64,000 nucleotides of DNA from an uncultured Mariniplasma sp. (GCA_964587475.1 CAZPLF010000006.1:1-64000); one strand, 5' to 3'. Counted from the stretch's first letter, positions 19,890 through 29,380 are shown. Numbers and translations: made by a program. The notes: a model not told the origin generated them from the letters alone.

Positions 19890-20675
19890 GTGAAAAGAGC
19901 TGAAATTATGGAATTAGATAAATTAATAGAAAGAATTGCTAATGAAATCTATAGCAAAATCGCAAAAGAAGACAATGGTTCATCAAGCATTAAAGTAAAT
20001 GACAATAGTGATCTTGCTAAAATGATTGATCATACATTGTTGAAACCAGAAGCAACAGAAGAAGATATTAAGAAGGTTTGTGAAGAAGCATTACAATATA
20101 AGTTTAAATCTGTTTGTGTAAACACACACTATGTTGCTTTAGTTTCACGTCTTTTGGCTGGATCTAGTGTTTTAACTTGTGGTGTTGTAGGATTCCCATT
20201 AGGTGCGATGACTACAAGAGCTAAAGTAGATGAAACTAGTGATGCGATTAAGAGTGGTGCACATGAAATCGATATGGTTATCAATATTGGTGCACTTAAA
20301 TCTGGCAATTGGAATATTGTCAAAAGTGATATTGAAGGTGTTGTCAATGTAGCAAGAGGTCGGGCGATAGTTAAAGTTATTTTGGAAACATCATTATTAA
20401 CTGATGAAGAAAAAATAAGAGCTTGTACAATTGCTAAAATGGCTGGTGCTGATTTTGTCAAAACCTCAACTGGATTTAATAAAGGTGGAGCAACAATCGA
20501 AGATATTACATTAATGCGTAAAGTTGTAGGACCACATATGGGTGTTAAAGCTTCTGGTGGTGTTCGTGATACTGAAACTGCGAGAGCAATGATTGCTGCT
20601 GGTGCAACAAGAATTGGAACAAGTTCAGGAATAAATATCATTAAGGGCTCTAAGCCTGCGACTGGTACTTATTAA
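19890..20675 (+). CDS. deoC: Deoxyribose-phosphate aldolase with an N-terminal extension of about 38 aa (SPU-type signature enzyme)
   Basis: Aligns along the full length with class-I DERA ([28 protein letters not shown]). Carries an extra N-terminal segment [19 protein letters not shown] plus a linker. The start may instead be ATG 19908. Confidence 0.9.
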   Translation: MKRAEIMELDKLIERIANEIYSKIAKEDNGSSSIKVNDNSDLAKMIDHTLLKPEATEEDIKKVCEEALQYKFKSVCVNTHYVALVSRLLAGSSVLTCGVVGFPLGAMTTRAKVDETSDAIKSGAHEIDMVINIGALKSGNWNIVKSDIEGVVNVARGRAIVKVILETSLLTDEEKIRACTIAKMAGADFVKTSTGFNKGGATIEDITLMRKVVGPHMGVKASGGVRDTETARAMIAAGATRIGTSSGINIIKGSKPATGTY

Positions 20676-20697
20676 TACCTAGAAAAGAGGAAATTAT

Positions 20698-21018
20698 ATG
20701 TATGCTGCGAGAATTATTGGAACTGTTGTGTGTACGCAAAAGGATCCAAGTATGAACAGTTTAAAGATGCAGGTTGTACAACCTGTTAACATCATTACCT
20801 TTAAAGATGAGGGTAAACCTGCAGTAGCAATTGATGCTGTTGGAGCTGGTGATTCAGAAATTGTTTTAGTTGTAGCTGGTAGTTCTGCAAGACTCACTGA
20901 ACTTACACAAAATAAACCTACTGATGCAACGATTATGGCAATTGTTGATTATGTCGATATTGAAGGTAAAAATGTCTTCAGTAAAAATAAAAAACAACCA
21001 GAAGTAGGTTCAAAATAA
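20698..21018 (+). CDS. BMC-P pentameric vertex protein (EutN/PduN/CcmL) 1
   Basis: 106 aa EutN fold. Opens with RIIGTVV. Confidence 0.85.
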   Translation: MYAARIIGTVVCTQKDPSMNSLKMQVVQPVNIITFKDEGKPAVAIDAVGAGDSEIVLVVAGSSARLTELTQNKPTDATIMAIVDYVDIEGKNVFSKNKKQPEVGSK

Positions 21019-21091
21019 ATTAAGACAAATCATCAGATTCAAAATGAAGATTAATATGCAATTTTTGCATATTATATAAGGAGATGTAACA

Positions 21092-21553
21092 ATGAAAATT
21101 GCTATTGGTTGTGACCATGGTGGTTATGAATTAAAGGAAAAAGCAAAAAAATATATTACAGAAGAATTAAAAATGCAAGTACAAGATTTTGGCACCTATA
21201 ATAAAAATAGATGTGATTATCCAGACTATGCATTTTTGGTTGCTTCTGCAGTTTCACTTAAAAAATGTGATTTCGGCATCATGATTGATGGCGCTGGTAT
21301 TGGTTCTTCCATGATGGCAAACAAAGTACCTGGCGTACTTGCTGCATGTGCAAATGAAGTCTATACAGCACATAATAGTCGCGAACATAACGGAGCTAAC
21401 GTTTTAACATTGGGTAGCTATGTTATAGGTGAAGGTGTCGCAAAAGAAATCATTAAAACATTCCTAAGTACCAAATTTGAAGGTGAAAGAAATTTACAAC
21501 GTGTAAAGAGTATTTTAGAAATCGAAAAAAGAATTTTAAGCAATAGGGAGTGA
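21092..21553 (+). CDS. rpiB: Ribose-5-phosphate isomerase B / LacAB-family sugar-phosphate isomerase
   Basis: MKIAIGCDHGGYELKE N-terminus. 153 aa. Confidence 0.88.
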   Translation: MKIAIGCDHGGYELKEKAKKYITEELKMQVQDFGTYNKNRCDYPDYAFLVASAVSLKKCDFGIMIDGAGIGSSMMANKVPGVLAACANEVYTAHNSREHNGANVLTLGSYVIGEGVAKEIIKTFLSTKFEGERNLQRVKSILEIEKRILSNRE

Positions 21554-21557
21554 TACT

Positions 21558-21830
21558 ATGCAAATGGCAAAAGTGATCGGTACTGTGACATCAACAGTCA
21601 AGATCAAAGATATTAAAGGTGTATCTTTACTAGTGATTCAACCTGTTAATTCAAAGTATGAATCACTAGGTGCACCTATTGTTGCCGGAGATAATTACGG
21701 TGCAGGTGTTGGTGAATATGTTTTCTATTCGAAAAGTAAAGAAGGAGCAATGAATTTACCGATTCCTACTTCATGTGTTGATGCTGGGATAGTTGGTATC
21801 ATTGATTATGTCTTTAGAAAAGATGAATAA
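21558..21830 (+). CDS. BMC-P vertex protein 2
   Basis: 90 aa EutN fold. Confidence 0.82.
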   Translation: MQMAKVIGTVTSTVKIKDIKGVSLLVIQPVNSKYESLGAPIVAGDNYGAGVGEYVFYSKSKEGAMNLPIPTSCVDAGIVGIIDYVFRKDE

Positions 21831-21851
21831 CATTAAGAATGAGGTGTTATT

Positions 21852-22148
21852 ATGCAACTAGCAATAGTCGTAGGGAATTTGGTTTCAACACATAAAAATG
21901 AATTAATCAAAGGAAAAAAACTTTTGTTTGTCCAACCTATTGATGAAAAATTGATCCCATTTGGTGATGAAATGCTTGCTGTTGATGCTGTAGGAGCAGG
22001 CATAGGTGATGTCGTTGTCATTCTGCATGAAGGTACGTCAGCAAGACAGGTTACCCATGCAGAAAGCAAATACTCACCAATCGAATTGTGTATTGCAGGC
22101 ATTGTCGATTCGATTAAAACTGAAGGTAGCTATAAAACTTTTGATTAG
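21852..22148 (+). CDS. BMC-P vertex protein 3
   Basis: 98 aa EutN fold. Confidence 0.82.
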   Translation: MQLAIVVGNLVSTHKNELIKGKKLLFVQPIDEKLIPFGDEMLAVDAVGAGIGDVVVILHEGTSARQVTHAESKYSPIELCIAGIVDSIKTEGSYKTFD

Positions 22149-22160
22149 TAGGATGATAAA

Positions 22161-23162
22161 ATGAACCTTTTAGATCATATAATTGAACAAGCAAAAAAGA
22201 ATATTAAAACGATTGTTCTTCCCGAAGGGAAGGATCAAAGAACCATTACCGCTGCAAGAAAACTTCAAAGTCAGAATATTGTAAATGTGATTGTTTTAAT
22301 TAATCGTGCTGATATGAATGATGAGACCACAAAGTTGCAAAGTGAAGGTATCAAAGTCATTGTTTTGGAACAATCTGAACAATTGAATTTGTACAGTTCA
22401 CAATTATACGAATTAAGAAAAGAAAAAGGAATGACAAAAGAAGAAGCTGATAAGCTTGTTCTCAATACTGTTTATCATGGCGTGATGATGGTTAAGAACC
22501 AAGATGCTGATGGTATGGTTGCTGGTGCAATTACTGCATCAGGTGATGTCTTAAGACCAGCACTTCAAATTCTTAAAACGGCAGAAAACGTAAAGATTGT
22601 GTCGTCGTTTTTCTTAATGGAAATTCCAAATTCCAAACATGTAATGAATAAAGTGTTTGCTTTTTCGGATTGTGGTCTAGTGGTTAATCCAAACGCAGAT
22701 GAATTAGCGGAAATTGCAATTCAAACTGCAAAATCATTTGCATATCTAACACATGAAGATCCTCGAGTAGCTATGCTTTCCTATTCAACTTATGGAAGTG
22801 CAAAAGGAGAGCTTGTTGATAAGGTTGTTACTGCAACAAAAAATGTACAATCGAAATATCCTAATCTTAAAATTGATGGCGAATTACAACTAGATGCTGC
22901 AATTGTACCTTCTGTTGCTCAATTAAAAGCACCATTAAGTAGAGTTGCAGGATATGCTAATGTATTGATATTTCCCGATTTGCAATCTGGAAATATAGGA
23001 TATAAATTAGTAGAGAGATTGGCTAATGCAGCAGCTTATGGACCAATCACTCAAGGATTGAGCAAACCTGTCAATGATCTTTCAAGAGGATGTTCAGCAG
23101 AAGATATTGTTGCTGTTGTGGCAATTACTGCTCTTCAAACACAATCAGGTATAGTTCATTAA
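22161..23162 (+). CDS. pta: Phosphate acetyltransferase (Pta/EutD type)
   Basis: 333 aa PTA_PTB fold. Motifs IVLPEGKDQR, AFSDCG, DLSRGCSAED. Confidence 0.88.
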   Translation: MNLLDHIIEQAKKNIKTIVLPEGKDQRTITAARKLQSQNIVNVIVLINRADMNDETTKLQSEGIKVIVLEQSEQLNLYSSQLYELRKEKGMTKEEADKLVLNTVYHGVMMVKNQDADGMVAGAITASGDVLRPALQILKTAENVKIVSSFFLMEIPNSKHVMNKVFAFSDCGLVVNPNADELAEIAIQTAKSFAYLTHEDPRVAMLSYSTYGSAKGELVDKVVTATKNVQSKYPNLKIDGELQLDAAIVPSVAQLKAPLSRVAGYANVLIFPDLQSGNIGYKLVERLANAAAYGPITQGLSKPVNDLSRGCSAEDIVAVVAITALQTQSGIVH

Positions 23163-23262
23163 TAAAATCCCAAGCACTAATTCAATTTGAAGAATTTTAG
23201 GAGAAAGGAATATATAGTCTAACTCTAATTAATGATTACAGTTATGAGTATACAATGTCAAA

Positions 23263-24537
23263 ATGATAAAAAAAACATTTGAACGCTTTAATGAATCACT
23301 TTATATAATCAAACTGAGAAATGGTATGCAAGTTCATATATTGCCTAAAGAAGATCCTTATTTCACGACATATGTTGAAGCAAGTGTTCCTTTTGGAGCT
23401 CTAGATTTATCATATAAAACTGATGATAAATTAATCAATACACCATATGGAACAGCACACTTCTTAGAACATAAAATATTTGCAATGCCTGATGGAGATG
23501 CATTTGCGCATTTTTCTGCTTTGGGTGTTGATGCAAATGCTATGACCTCATATGATCAAACGTCTTATTTATTTATTGCTACTCAAAATATGATTTCTGC
23601 TTTAGAGTATCTATTTGAAATGATTGACACGCCTTTTTTTACAAATGAAAATGTCGATCAAGAGAAACGCATTATCGCAGAAGAACTAAAGATGTATCTA
23701 GATGATCCGAATGTTGTCATGCATAACCAACTAATAGAGATGATGTATCATGCTCACCCTCTAAAGTATGATATTGGAGGAACGCTTGAATCAATTATGG
23801 ATATTACTCCAGAAATTCTTAAAGATGTCTATGATAAATTTTATAATCCCTCAAATCGGTTAATTACAATTGCTGGTAAAGTAGATATTAAAGAACTACA
23901 AATATTCTTTAAAAACTATGATTTAAAAAATCCAGTAAAATATAAAAAAGTAAAGACTATTTATCCGAAAGAACCTATGCGATTATACCAAAAATCAATG
24001 ATAGAAATCAAAGATGTTGGAATTGATAAGCTGATGCTTGGTATTAAACTTAGTCCAAGTAAGTCAAATCAAAGAGATCAAGTGAAAAAAGAAATGGCAG
24101 TTTCAATGCTTTTGAATATTCTTTTAGGCCCATCTTCTCAAACTTATGCAAAATTACTTGAAGATAAGTTGATCAATCAAAGTTTTTATGTCAACACAAC
24201 ATTTGAAAAAAAAGCAGAAAATATTATTGTATTTGCTGAAACGAAAAGAATTTATAAACTGAAGAAAATCTTAATCGATATTCTAACTGTTCAAGCTTTG
24301 AGTTTGGTAACTCAAGAAGCTTTTGATCGGTATAAGAAAGTTTATTTAGGCCAATTCATATTTGCTCTAAACAATCTAGAAACAAAAGCGTATCTTTATG
24401 GTAAATATTTCCATATGGGATCTTCTTTGTTTGATGTTGTCGATTTACTTAAAGAAATAGAATATGAAGACGTACTTCAAGAACTTAAATCAATACAAAG
24501 AAAATATATTGCTGTACTAATACATAAAAAGGCTTAA
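23263..24537 (+). CDS. M16-family zinc peptidase, catalytic subunit
   Basis: HFLEH inverted zincin motif. 424 aa. Confidence 0.75.
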   Translation: MIKKTFERFNESLYIIKLRNGMQVHILPKEDPYFTTYVEASVPFGALDLSYKTDDKLINTPYGTAHFLEHKIFAMPDGDAFAHFSALGVDANAMTSYDQTSYLFIATQNMISALEYLFEMIDTPFFTNENVDQEKRIIAEELKMYLDDPNVVMHNQLIEMMYHAHPLKYDIGGTLESIMDITPEILKDVYDKFYNPSNRLITIAGKVDIKELQIFFKNYDLKNPVKYKKVKTIYPKEPMRLYQKSMIEIKDVGIDKLMLGIKLSPSKSNQRDQVKKEMAVSMLLNILLGPSSQTYAKLLEDKLINQSFYVNTTFEKKAENIIVFAETKRIYKLKKILIDILTVQALSLVTQEAFDRYKKVYLGQFIFALNNLETKAYLYGKYFHMGSSLFDVVDLLKEIEYEDVLQELKSIQRKYIAVLIHKKA

Positions 24538-24706
24538 TTAAGTCTTTTTTTTCTTTAATTTCAAAATTTCTTTTTTAATTTCTGCATCTTTTAGTAAGCA
24601 TATGCTTTCTATATATAAATCACACGTATGAGGAACTTTATGATTAATTTGGCAATTATGTCATATTTTTTTCTTGGTTTATACTACAAGAAAACAAGGA
24701 GGACAT

Positions 24707-25069
24707 ATGTTAAATCAACTTATTATTATTGGTCGTTTGACCCACGATCCAGAAACAAAAATTCTTGAGGATGGAAGAAAAGTCAGCGATATCACACTTG
24801 CTGTCCAGCGCACGTTTAAGAACATGGATGGTAACTATGATACGGATTTCATCAAAGTAACTGTTTGGGAAGGACTAGCTACAGCCATTGAGGCATATTG
24901 TAAGAAGGGTGTCATGGTGGCTGTCAAAGCAAGATTACAAAGCTGGAAGTACGATTTGCCTGAAGACCGTAAGCTCAATATGCTTGAAGTTATTGCCGAA
25001 AGAATCAGCTATTTATCTCCATCAGGAAAGAATGAATTTAAGGTCTCAGAAGAAAGTTCAACAAAATGA
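24707..25069 (+). CDS. SSB-like single OB-fold protein lacking the acidic C-terminal tail
   Basis: LIIIGRLTHDPE start and single OB fold. No DDDIPF-like tail. RBS AGGAGG. Confidence 0.65.
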   Translation: MLNQLIIIGRLTHDPETKILEDGRKVSDITLAVQRTFKNMDGNYDTDFIKVTVWEGLATAIEAYCKKGVMVAVKARLQSWKYDLPEDRKLNMLEVIAERISYLSPSGKNEFKVSEESSTK

Positions 25070-25079
25070 ACTTTTTTTA

Positions 25080-25108
25080 TTGACATATCATACTATGCAA
25101 TGTATAAT
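25080..25108 (+). promoter_or_regulatory. Consensus sigma-A promoter of the padR operon
   Basis: TTGACA, a 17-nt spacer, then TGTATAAT. Confidence 0.65.
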
Positions 25109-25138
25109 ATAAGACATAAGGCAGTATGAGGTGATATT

Positions 25139-25441
25139 ATGAAAGAGCAAGTAAAAAAAGGAGTCCTAGAAATATTTGTTTTAGCTATCTTGATGAGAAG
25201 CGATTCCTATGGATACAAAATCGTAAGTGACCTGATACAATATATTGATATTAGCGAATCGACCCTCTACCCAATTCTAAGACGTCTAGAAAAGGCAGAT
25301 GAACTCGAAACGTACAATGTTTTGTTTCAAGGCAGGAATCGAAAGTATTACAAGATTACAAAAACAGGAAAGAAGCATATCGATGAATTTTTACTCGAAT
25401 GGGAAGACATTCGCAAAATCTACGATATCTTGATGAAATGA
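25139..25441 (+). CDS. PadR-family transcriptional regulator
   Basis: 100 aa winged-helix. Motifs VLAILMRSDSYGYKI and STLYPILRRLE. Confidence 0.85.
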   Translation: MKEQVKKGVLEIFVLAILMRSDSYGYKIVSDLIQYIDISESTLYPILRRLEKADELETYNVLFQGRNRKYYKITKTGKKHIDEFLLEWEDIRKIYDILMK

Positions 25442-25448
25442 GGATACT

Positions 25449-26012
25449 ATGAAAACTTGGCTTAAAGAATTAGAAAGAGAATTAAAGAAAAGATTTTATT
25501 TAACTGAAGTTGAAGGAATTGTTTCATATTATGAAGAAATTATTCAGGAGCGCATAGATAATGGTGAATCGATTGATGATGTTTTGAGCGACTATGATGC
25601 AAAAGAAATTGCAAAATCCATGACTGCTGAAGTTGTTATGAAAAGAGCAAACGATACATATAAATCTATTGCCAAAAGCTCTAAGCAATTGATGCTGTTT
25701 CTCTTATCCTCACCTTTGCTTATCCCATTGGGATTTGCATATGTGATTATCCTAATTGTTGCTGTTTCACTCATGTTTTCATTGGTTACAGTCATATTTG
25801 CCAGCGTTGTTGGTATGGTTGGACTCTTCTTGAACATGTATCAATCTGGACTTGGACAAAATGAAATTATTGGTTTCATCGGTGTTGGCTTAATGGCATT
25901 TTCATTCGCAGTCCTCATCTTGATATGGCTTTATCAAGCTGTTGAACAGCTTGCCAAAAAATTATTATATATATTTAGCAAACTAGCTAAAGATAAAGGA
26001 GAAAGAAAATGA
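25449..26012 (+). CDS. DUF1700-like membrane protein (PadR operon partner)
   Basis: Soluble N-terminal half followed by 3 TM segments. Typical second gene of a PadR/DUF1700/DUF4097 operon. Confidence 0.6.
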   Translation: MKTWLKELERELKKRFYLTEVEGIVSYYEEIIQERIDNGESIDDVLSDYDAKEIAKSMTAEVVMKRANDTYKSIAKSSKQLMLFLLSSPLLIPLGFAYVIILIVAVSLMFSLVTVIFASVVGMVGLFLNMYQSGLGQNEIIGFIGVGLMAFSFAVLILIWLYQAVEQLAKKLLYIFSKLAKDKGERK

Positions 26013-27022
26013 AATTTTTAATCAAACTTGTTTTACTCATATTTTTTGTAGGTTTAATCTTAGCTGTAGTTGCCTTTTTTGGAGGGGTTAACCTTGGTAA
26101 TCTTGGCGATTATTTCATTGACAATGAAGCATATGGTGATCCTATAGAATATGTATCGACAACGACCATTGATACGCTCAATGTTGAGTTGGATACTAGA
26201 AATATATTAATTTCAGTTACTGTAGGTGATGAATTCATCGTTACTTATCATGAGCATGAAAAAGATACATGGTCAATTGATGAAACAGATGGAACATTAA
26301 CGATTACACAAACGACTAAACCGGTTTTTTTCAACTGGTTCAATTTTAAAACAGCATCATCGGAAGTTCTTACGGTTTATATTGAAATTCCTGCAGATCT
26401 TGTCTTAAATTATTCTTTATCAAGTAATGTTGGGTTTATCACTTATGTAGATGGTCCACAATTAGCAAATGAAATATATGCTAACTCAAATACTGGTGAA
26501 GTACAAATCGAAGATGTAACTATGAATTCTCTGATGGTTCGAATGAATACAGGAACTATCACATTATCAAATTTAGTAATCACAGGTGATTTGGATGCGA
26601 AAACTGATACGGGACATATAGAACTTGATCATTTATCAGCAGATGAAATTATCCTAGATACTGATACAGGAAGAGTAGAAATGAATGCAATATCTGCTTA
26701 TCAGGTTGATGCACGATCAGATACAGGAAGAGTAGAAATGAATGATTCTGTCATATTGGGACTCGTTGACTTATCTACTTCAACTGGGAATGTTACAGTT
26801 GTTGACACAGTTGCTACAGGTTTTGATCTATCTTCAAGCACTGGAAACGTCAGATTCACAAGTGCAACTTCAATGGATTTGCGCTATGATCTAGAAACTA
26901 CAACCGGCAGTGTTTCAGTAAATGGAGATGATCAGGGTTCTAAACATTCAACATCAACAGGAACTATATTGCTCAAAGTTAAAGTAAGTACCGGAAATAT
27001 CACAGTAAGTGTACAGGACTAA
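26009..27022 (+). CDS. DUF4097-like beta-helical repeat protein (putative adhesin or cell-envelope stress sensor)
   Basis: N-terminal TM followed by repeated TDTG/STGN beta-strand units. Contains an intragenic 25-bp direct repeat. Confidence 0.6.
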   Translation: MKFLIKLVLLIFFVGLILAVVAFFGGVNLGNLGDYFIDNEAYGDPIEYVSTTTIDTLNVELDTRNILISVTVGDEFIVTYHEHEKDTWSIDETDGTLTITQTTKPVFFNWFNFKTASSEVLTVYIEIPADLVLNYSLSSNVGFITYVDGPQLANEIYANSNTGEVQIEDVTMNSLMVRMNTGTITLSNLVITGDLDAKTDTGHIELDHLSADEIILDTDTGRVEMNAISAYQVDARSDTGRVEMNDSVILGLVDLSTSTGNVTVVDTVATGFDLSSSTGNVRFTSATSMDLRYDLETTTGSVSVNGDDQGSKHSTSTGTILLKVKVSTGNITVSVQD

Positions 27023-27118
27023 GTCTTGTACATTTTTTTTATTTAGAAATAAAATTCAGATTCTGTCGCTTTATTCCCTTTGTGATTTATGCTACAATGT
27101 AAAGAGGAGATGATAACT

Positions 27119-28498
27119 ATGTCTATTAATTTTAAAGAAGAAGTATTTAAAAGAAAAGATGAATTGATTGCCGATTTAACAAAAATTATTCAGATTAACT
27201 CTGAGATGACCACATTTGATCCGAATCGCAAACAAGCACCTTTTGGTCCTGGACTAAAAGAAGCATTGGATACAATGCTTGCAATCGGACAAAGAGATGG
27301 TTTTGAGATTGTAAATTTAGATGGTTATGCAGGACATATTGAATACGGTAACCAAAAAGACTTTGTTGGAATGATTGGTCATTTGGATGTCGTACCCGCT
27401 GGTAACGATTGGACATATGCCCCTTATGGTGCTGAAATCCATGATGGGAAAATGTATGGACGTGGAACTGAAGATGACAAAGGACCAACAATTGCTGCAT
27501 ATTATGCACTAAAAATATTAAAAGAACTCAATGTACCTCTTTCAAAAAGAATTAAATTGATTTTAGGTAATGATGAAGAAACCGCTTGGAGAGGTGTGAG
27601 ACATTATTTTAGTGTCTATCCAGAAGCTCCAGTTTCTGGATTTATTCCTGATGCTGATTTTCCATTGATCTACGCAGAAAAAGGCATTTCTAGAATTCTT
27701 GTTCAAGGTAAACTTGATCGAGACGTATTGGTTGCCGTTGATGGTGGATTTAGGGATAATATGGTACCGGATTATGCATCAGCTAAATTAAATCCAACAA
27801 AGGATTTTGCTCAATTATTTACTAAATTCCTTAAAAAGAATAATTATGAAGGAAGCACATCGATTGAAAATAGACTCATAGTTATCCGAGTTGCAGGCAA
27901 GAGTGCTCATGGATCAACACCTGAATTTGGAGCAAACGCCATTGATCGTTTATTTGAGTTCCTAATCGAACAAAATATAAAATCTCCGGTTGTACAACTG
28001 GTTGAAAAATTCTTAATTCATGATATTCACGGAACGAAACTTGATGTTGCTTATCATGATGAAGAAATGGGATATTTGACCAATAATTTTGGTGTTATCA
28101 AATCTGAAAATGATCTATATACCATCAGTTTGAATTTAAGATATCCAAATGGTGTTGTATTTGATGAAGTTGTAGCAAAACTTACTGAGCAATTTGCTCA
28201 ATTTAAAGCAACAGTCAAGGTTGATTCCCATCAAAAATTGCTTTATAAAGATCCCAATTCACCTTTAGTAAAAACATTAATGGCTGTTTATAAGAGAAAT
28301 ACAAATGATCCAGATGCTAAGCCAATCAACATTGGTGGCGGAACATTTGCGAGAGCAATGCCTAATTGTGTTGCATTCGGACCACACTTTTTAAATAAAC
28401 CAACCTTCATTCATCAAAAGAATGAATTTATTGAAATTGAAGACTTACTCTTAGCAACGGTTATCTATACAGAGGCACTTTACGAACTAGCAAAATAA
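27119..28498 (+). CDS. pepV: M20-family dipeptidase (PepV-like)
   Basis: HLDVVPAG and GRGTEDDKGP motifs. About 460 aa. Confidence 0.85.
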   Translation: MSINFKEEVFKRKDELIADLTKIIQINSEMTTFDPNRKQAPFGPGLKEALDTMLAIGQRDGFEIVNLDGYAGHIEYGNQKDFVGMIGHLDVVPAGNDWTYAPYGAEIHDGKMYGRGTEDDKGPTIAAYYALKILKELNVPLSKRIKLILGNDEETAWRGVRHYFSVYPEAPVSGFIPDADFPLIYAEKGISRILVQGKLDRDVLVAVDGGFRDNMVPDYASAKLNPTKDFAQLFTKFLKKNNYEGSTSIENRLIVIRVAGKSAHGSTPEFGANAIDRLFEFLIEQNIKSPVVQLVEKFLIHDIHGTKLDVAYHDEEMGYLTNNFGVIKSENDLYTISLNLRYPNGVVFDEVVAKLTEQFAQFKATVKVDSHQKLLYKDPNSPLVKTLMAVYKRNTNDPDAKPINIGGGTFARAMPNCVAFGPHFLNKPTFIHQKNEFIEIEDLLLATVIYTEALYELAK

Positions 28499-28513
28499 GC
28501 TTTGGAGGTATTC

Positions 28514-29380
28514 ATGAAACCTTATCTTGATTTATGTCGTCATGTCATAGAAAATGGCAATTATAAAATGGATAGAACTGGAACAGGAACAAAAAGTGTT
28601 TTTGGATATCAAATGCGCTTTGATTTAAGCGAAGGTTTTCCTCTTTTGACAACTAAGAAAGTGCATCTCAAGTCCATTATTCATGAATTACTATGGTTTA
28701 TTCAAGGCGATACGAATATCAAATATCTTGTCGATCATGAGGTTAAGATATGGAATGATTGGCCCTATCAGGCTTTTACAAAAAGTGATGACTACCATGG
28801 CGAAACGATGGATCAATTTGTTGAAAAAATAAAAGCCGATGAAGTGTTTGCAACAAAGTATGGTGAATTAGGACCAGTTTATGGTGCTCAATGGCGTAAT
28901 TTTAATGGTGTCGATCAACTTCAATATATCCTAGATGAAATCAAAAACAATCCAGACTCTAGACGTATGATATTAAGTGCATGGAATCCTGCTGAAATTA
29001 AAAACATGGCTTTACCACCATGCCATACGCTCATTCAGTTTTATGTTAGGGATAACAAAATATCCTTGCAATTATATCAAAGAAGCGCTGATATCTTTTT
29101 AGGTGTTCCATTTAATATAGCATCTTATGCTTTACTGTTGATGATGGTTGCGCAAGTTTCAGATCTTGAGGTTGGTGAGTTTATTCATACCTTAGGCGAT
29201 GCACATATCTATCAAAACCACTTTGATCAAATCAACCTTCAATTAAGTAGAGAAATCAGAAAAAAACCAACAATGAAAATCAATCCAGAAATCAAATCTT
29301 TGTTTGATTTTAGATTTGAAGATTTCGAACTACAAAACTATCATCCTCACGCAGGAATCAAAGGTAAGGTGGCAGTATGA
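28514..29380 (+). CDS. thyA: Thymidylate synthase
   Basis: MKPYLDL, RTGTGT and PPCH active-site Cys region. Confidence 0.92.
   Translation: MKPYLDLCRHVIENGNYKMDRTGTGTKSVFGYQMRFDLSEGFPLLTTKKVHLKSIIHELLWFIQGDTNIKYLVDHEVKIWNDWPYQAFTKSDDYHGETMDQFVEKIKADEVFATKYGELGPVYGAQWRNFNGVDQLQYILDEIKNNPDSRRMILSAWNPAEIKNMALPPCHTLIQFYVRDNKISLQLYQRSADIFLGVPFNIASYALLLMMVAQVSDLEVGEFIHTLGDAHIYQNHFDQINLQLSREIRKKPTMKINPEIKSLFDFRFEDFELQNYHPHAGIKGKVAV

Noticed and set aside
20129-20641. A 170-aa minus-strand ORF inside deoC
   Set aside because: It is antisense to a DeoC frame that aligns along its full length with known enzymes. Its Pro/Ala/Thr-rich translation is typical of an antisense artefact.
24538-24706. A possible terminator or palindrome (CTTAATTAAG) after the M16 gene
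   Set aside because: The palindrome has no loop and the stem is AT-only. It is not convincing as an intrinsic terminator. The adjacent T-run could still work weakly.
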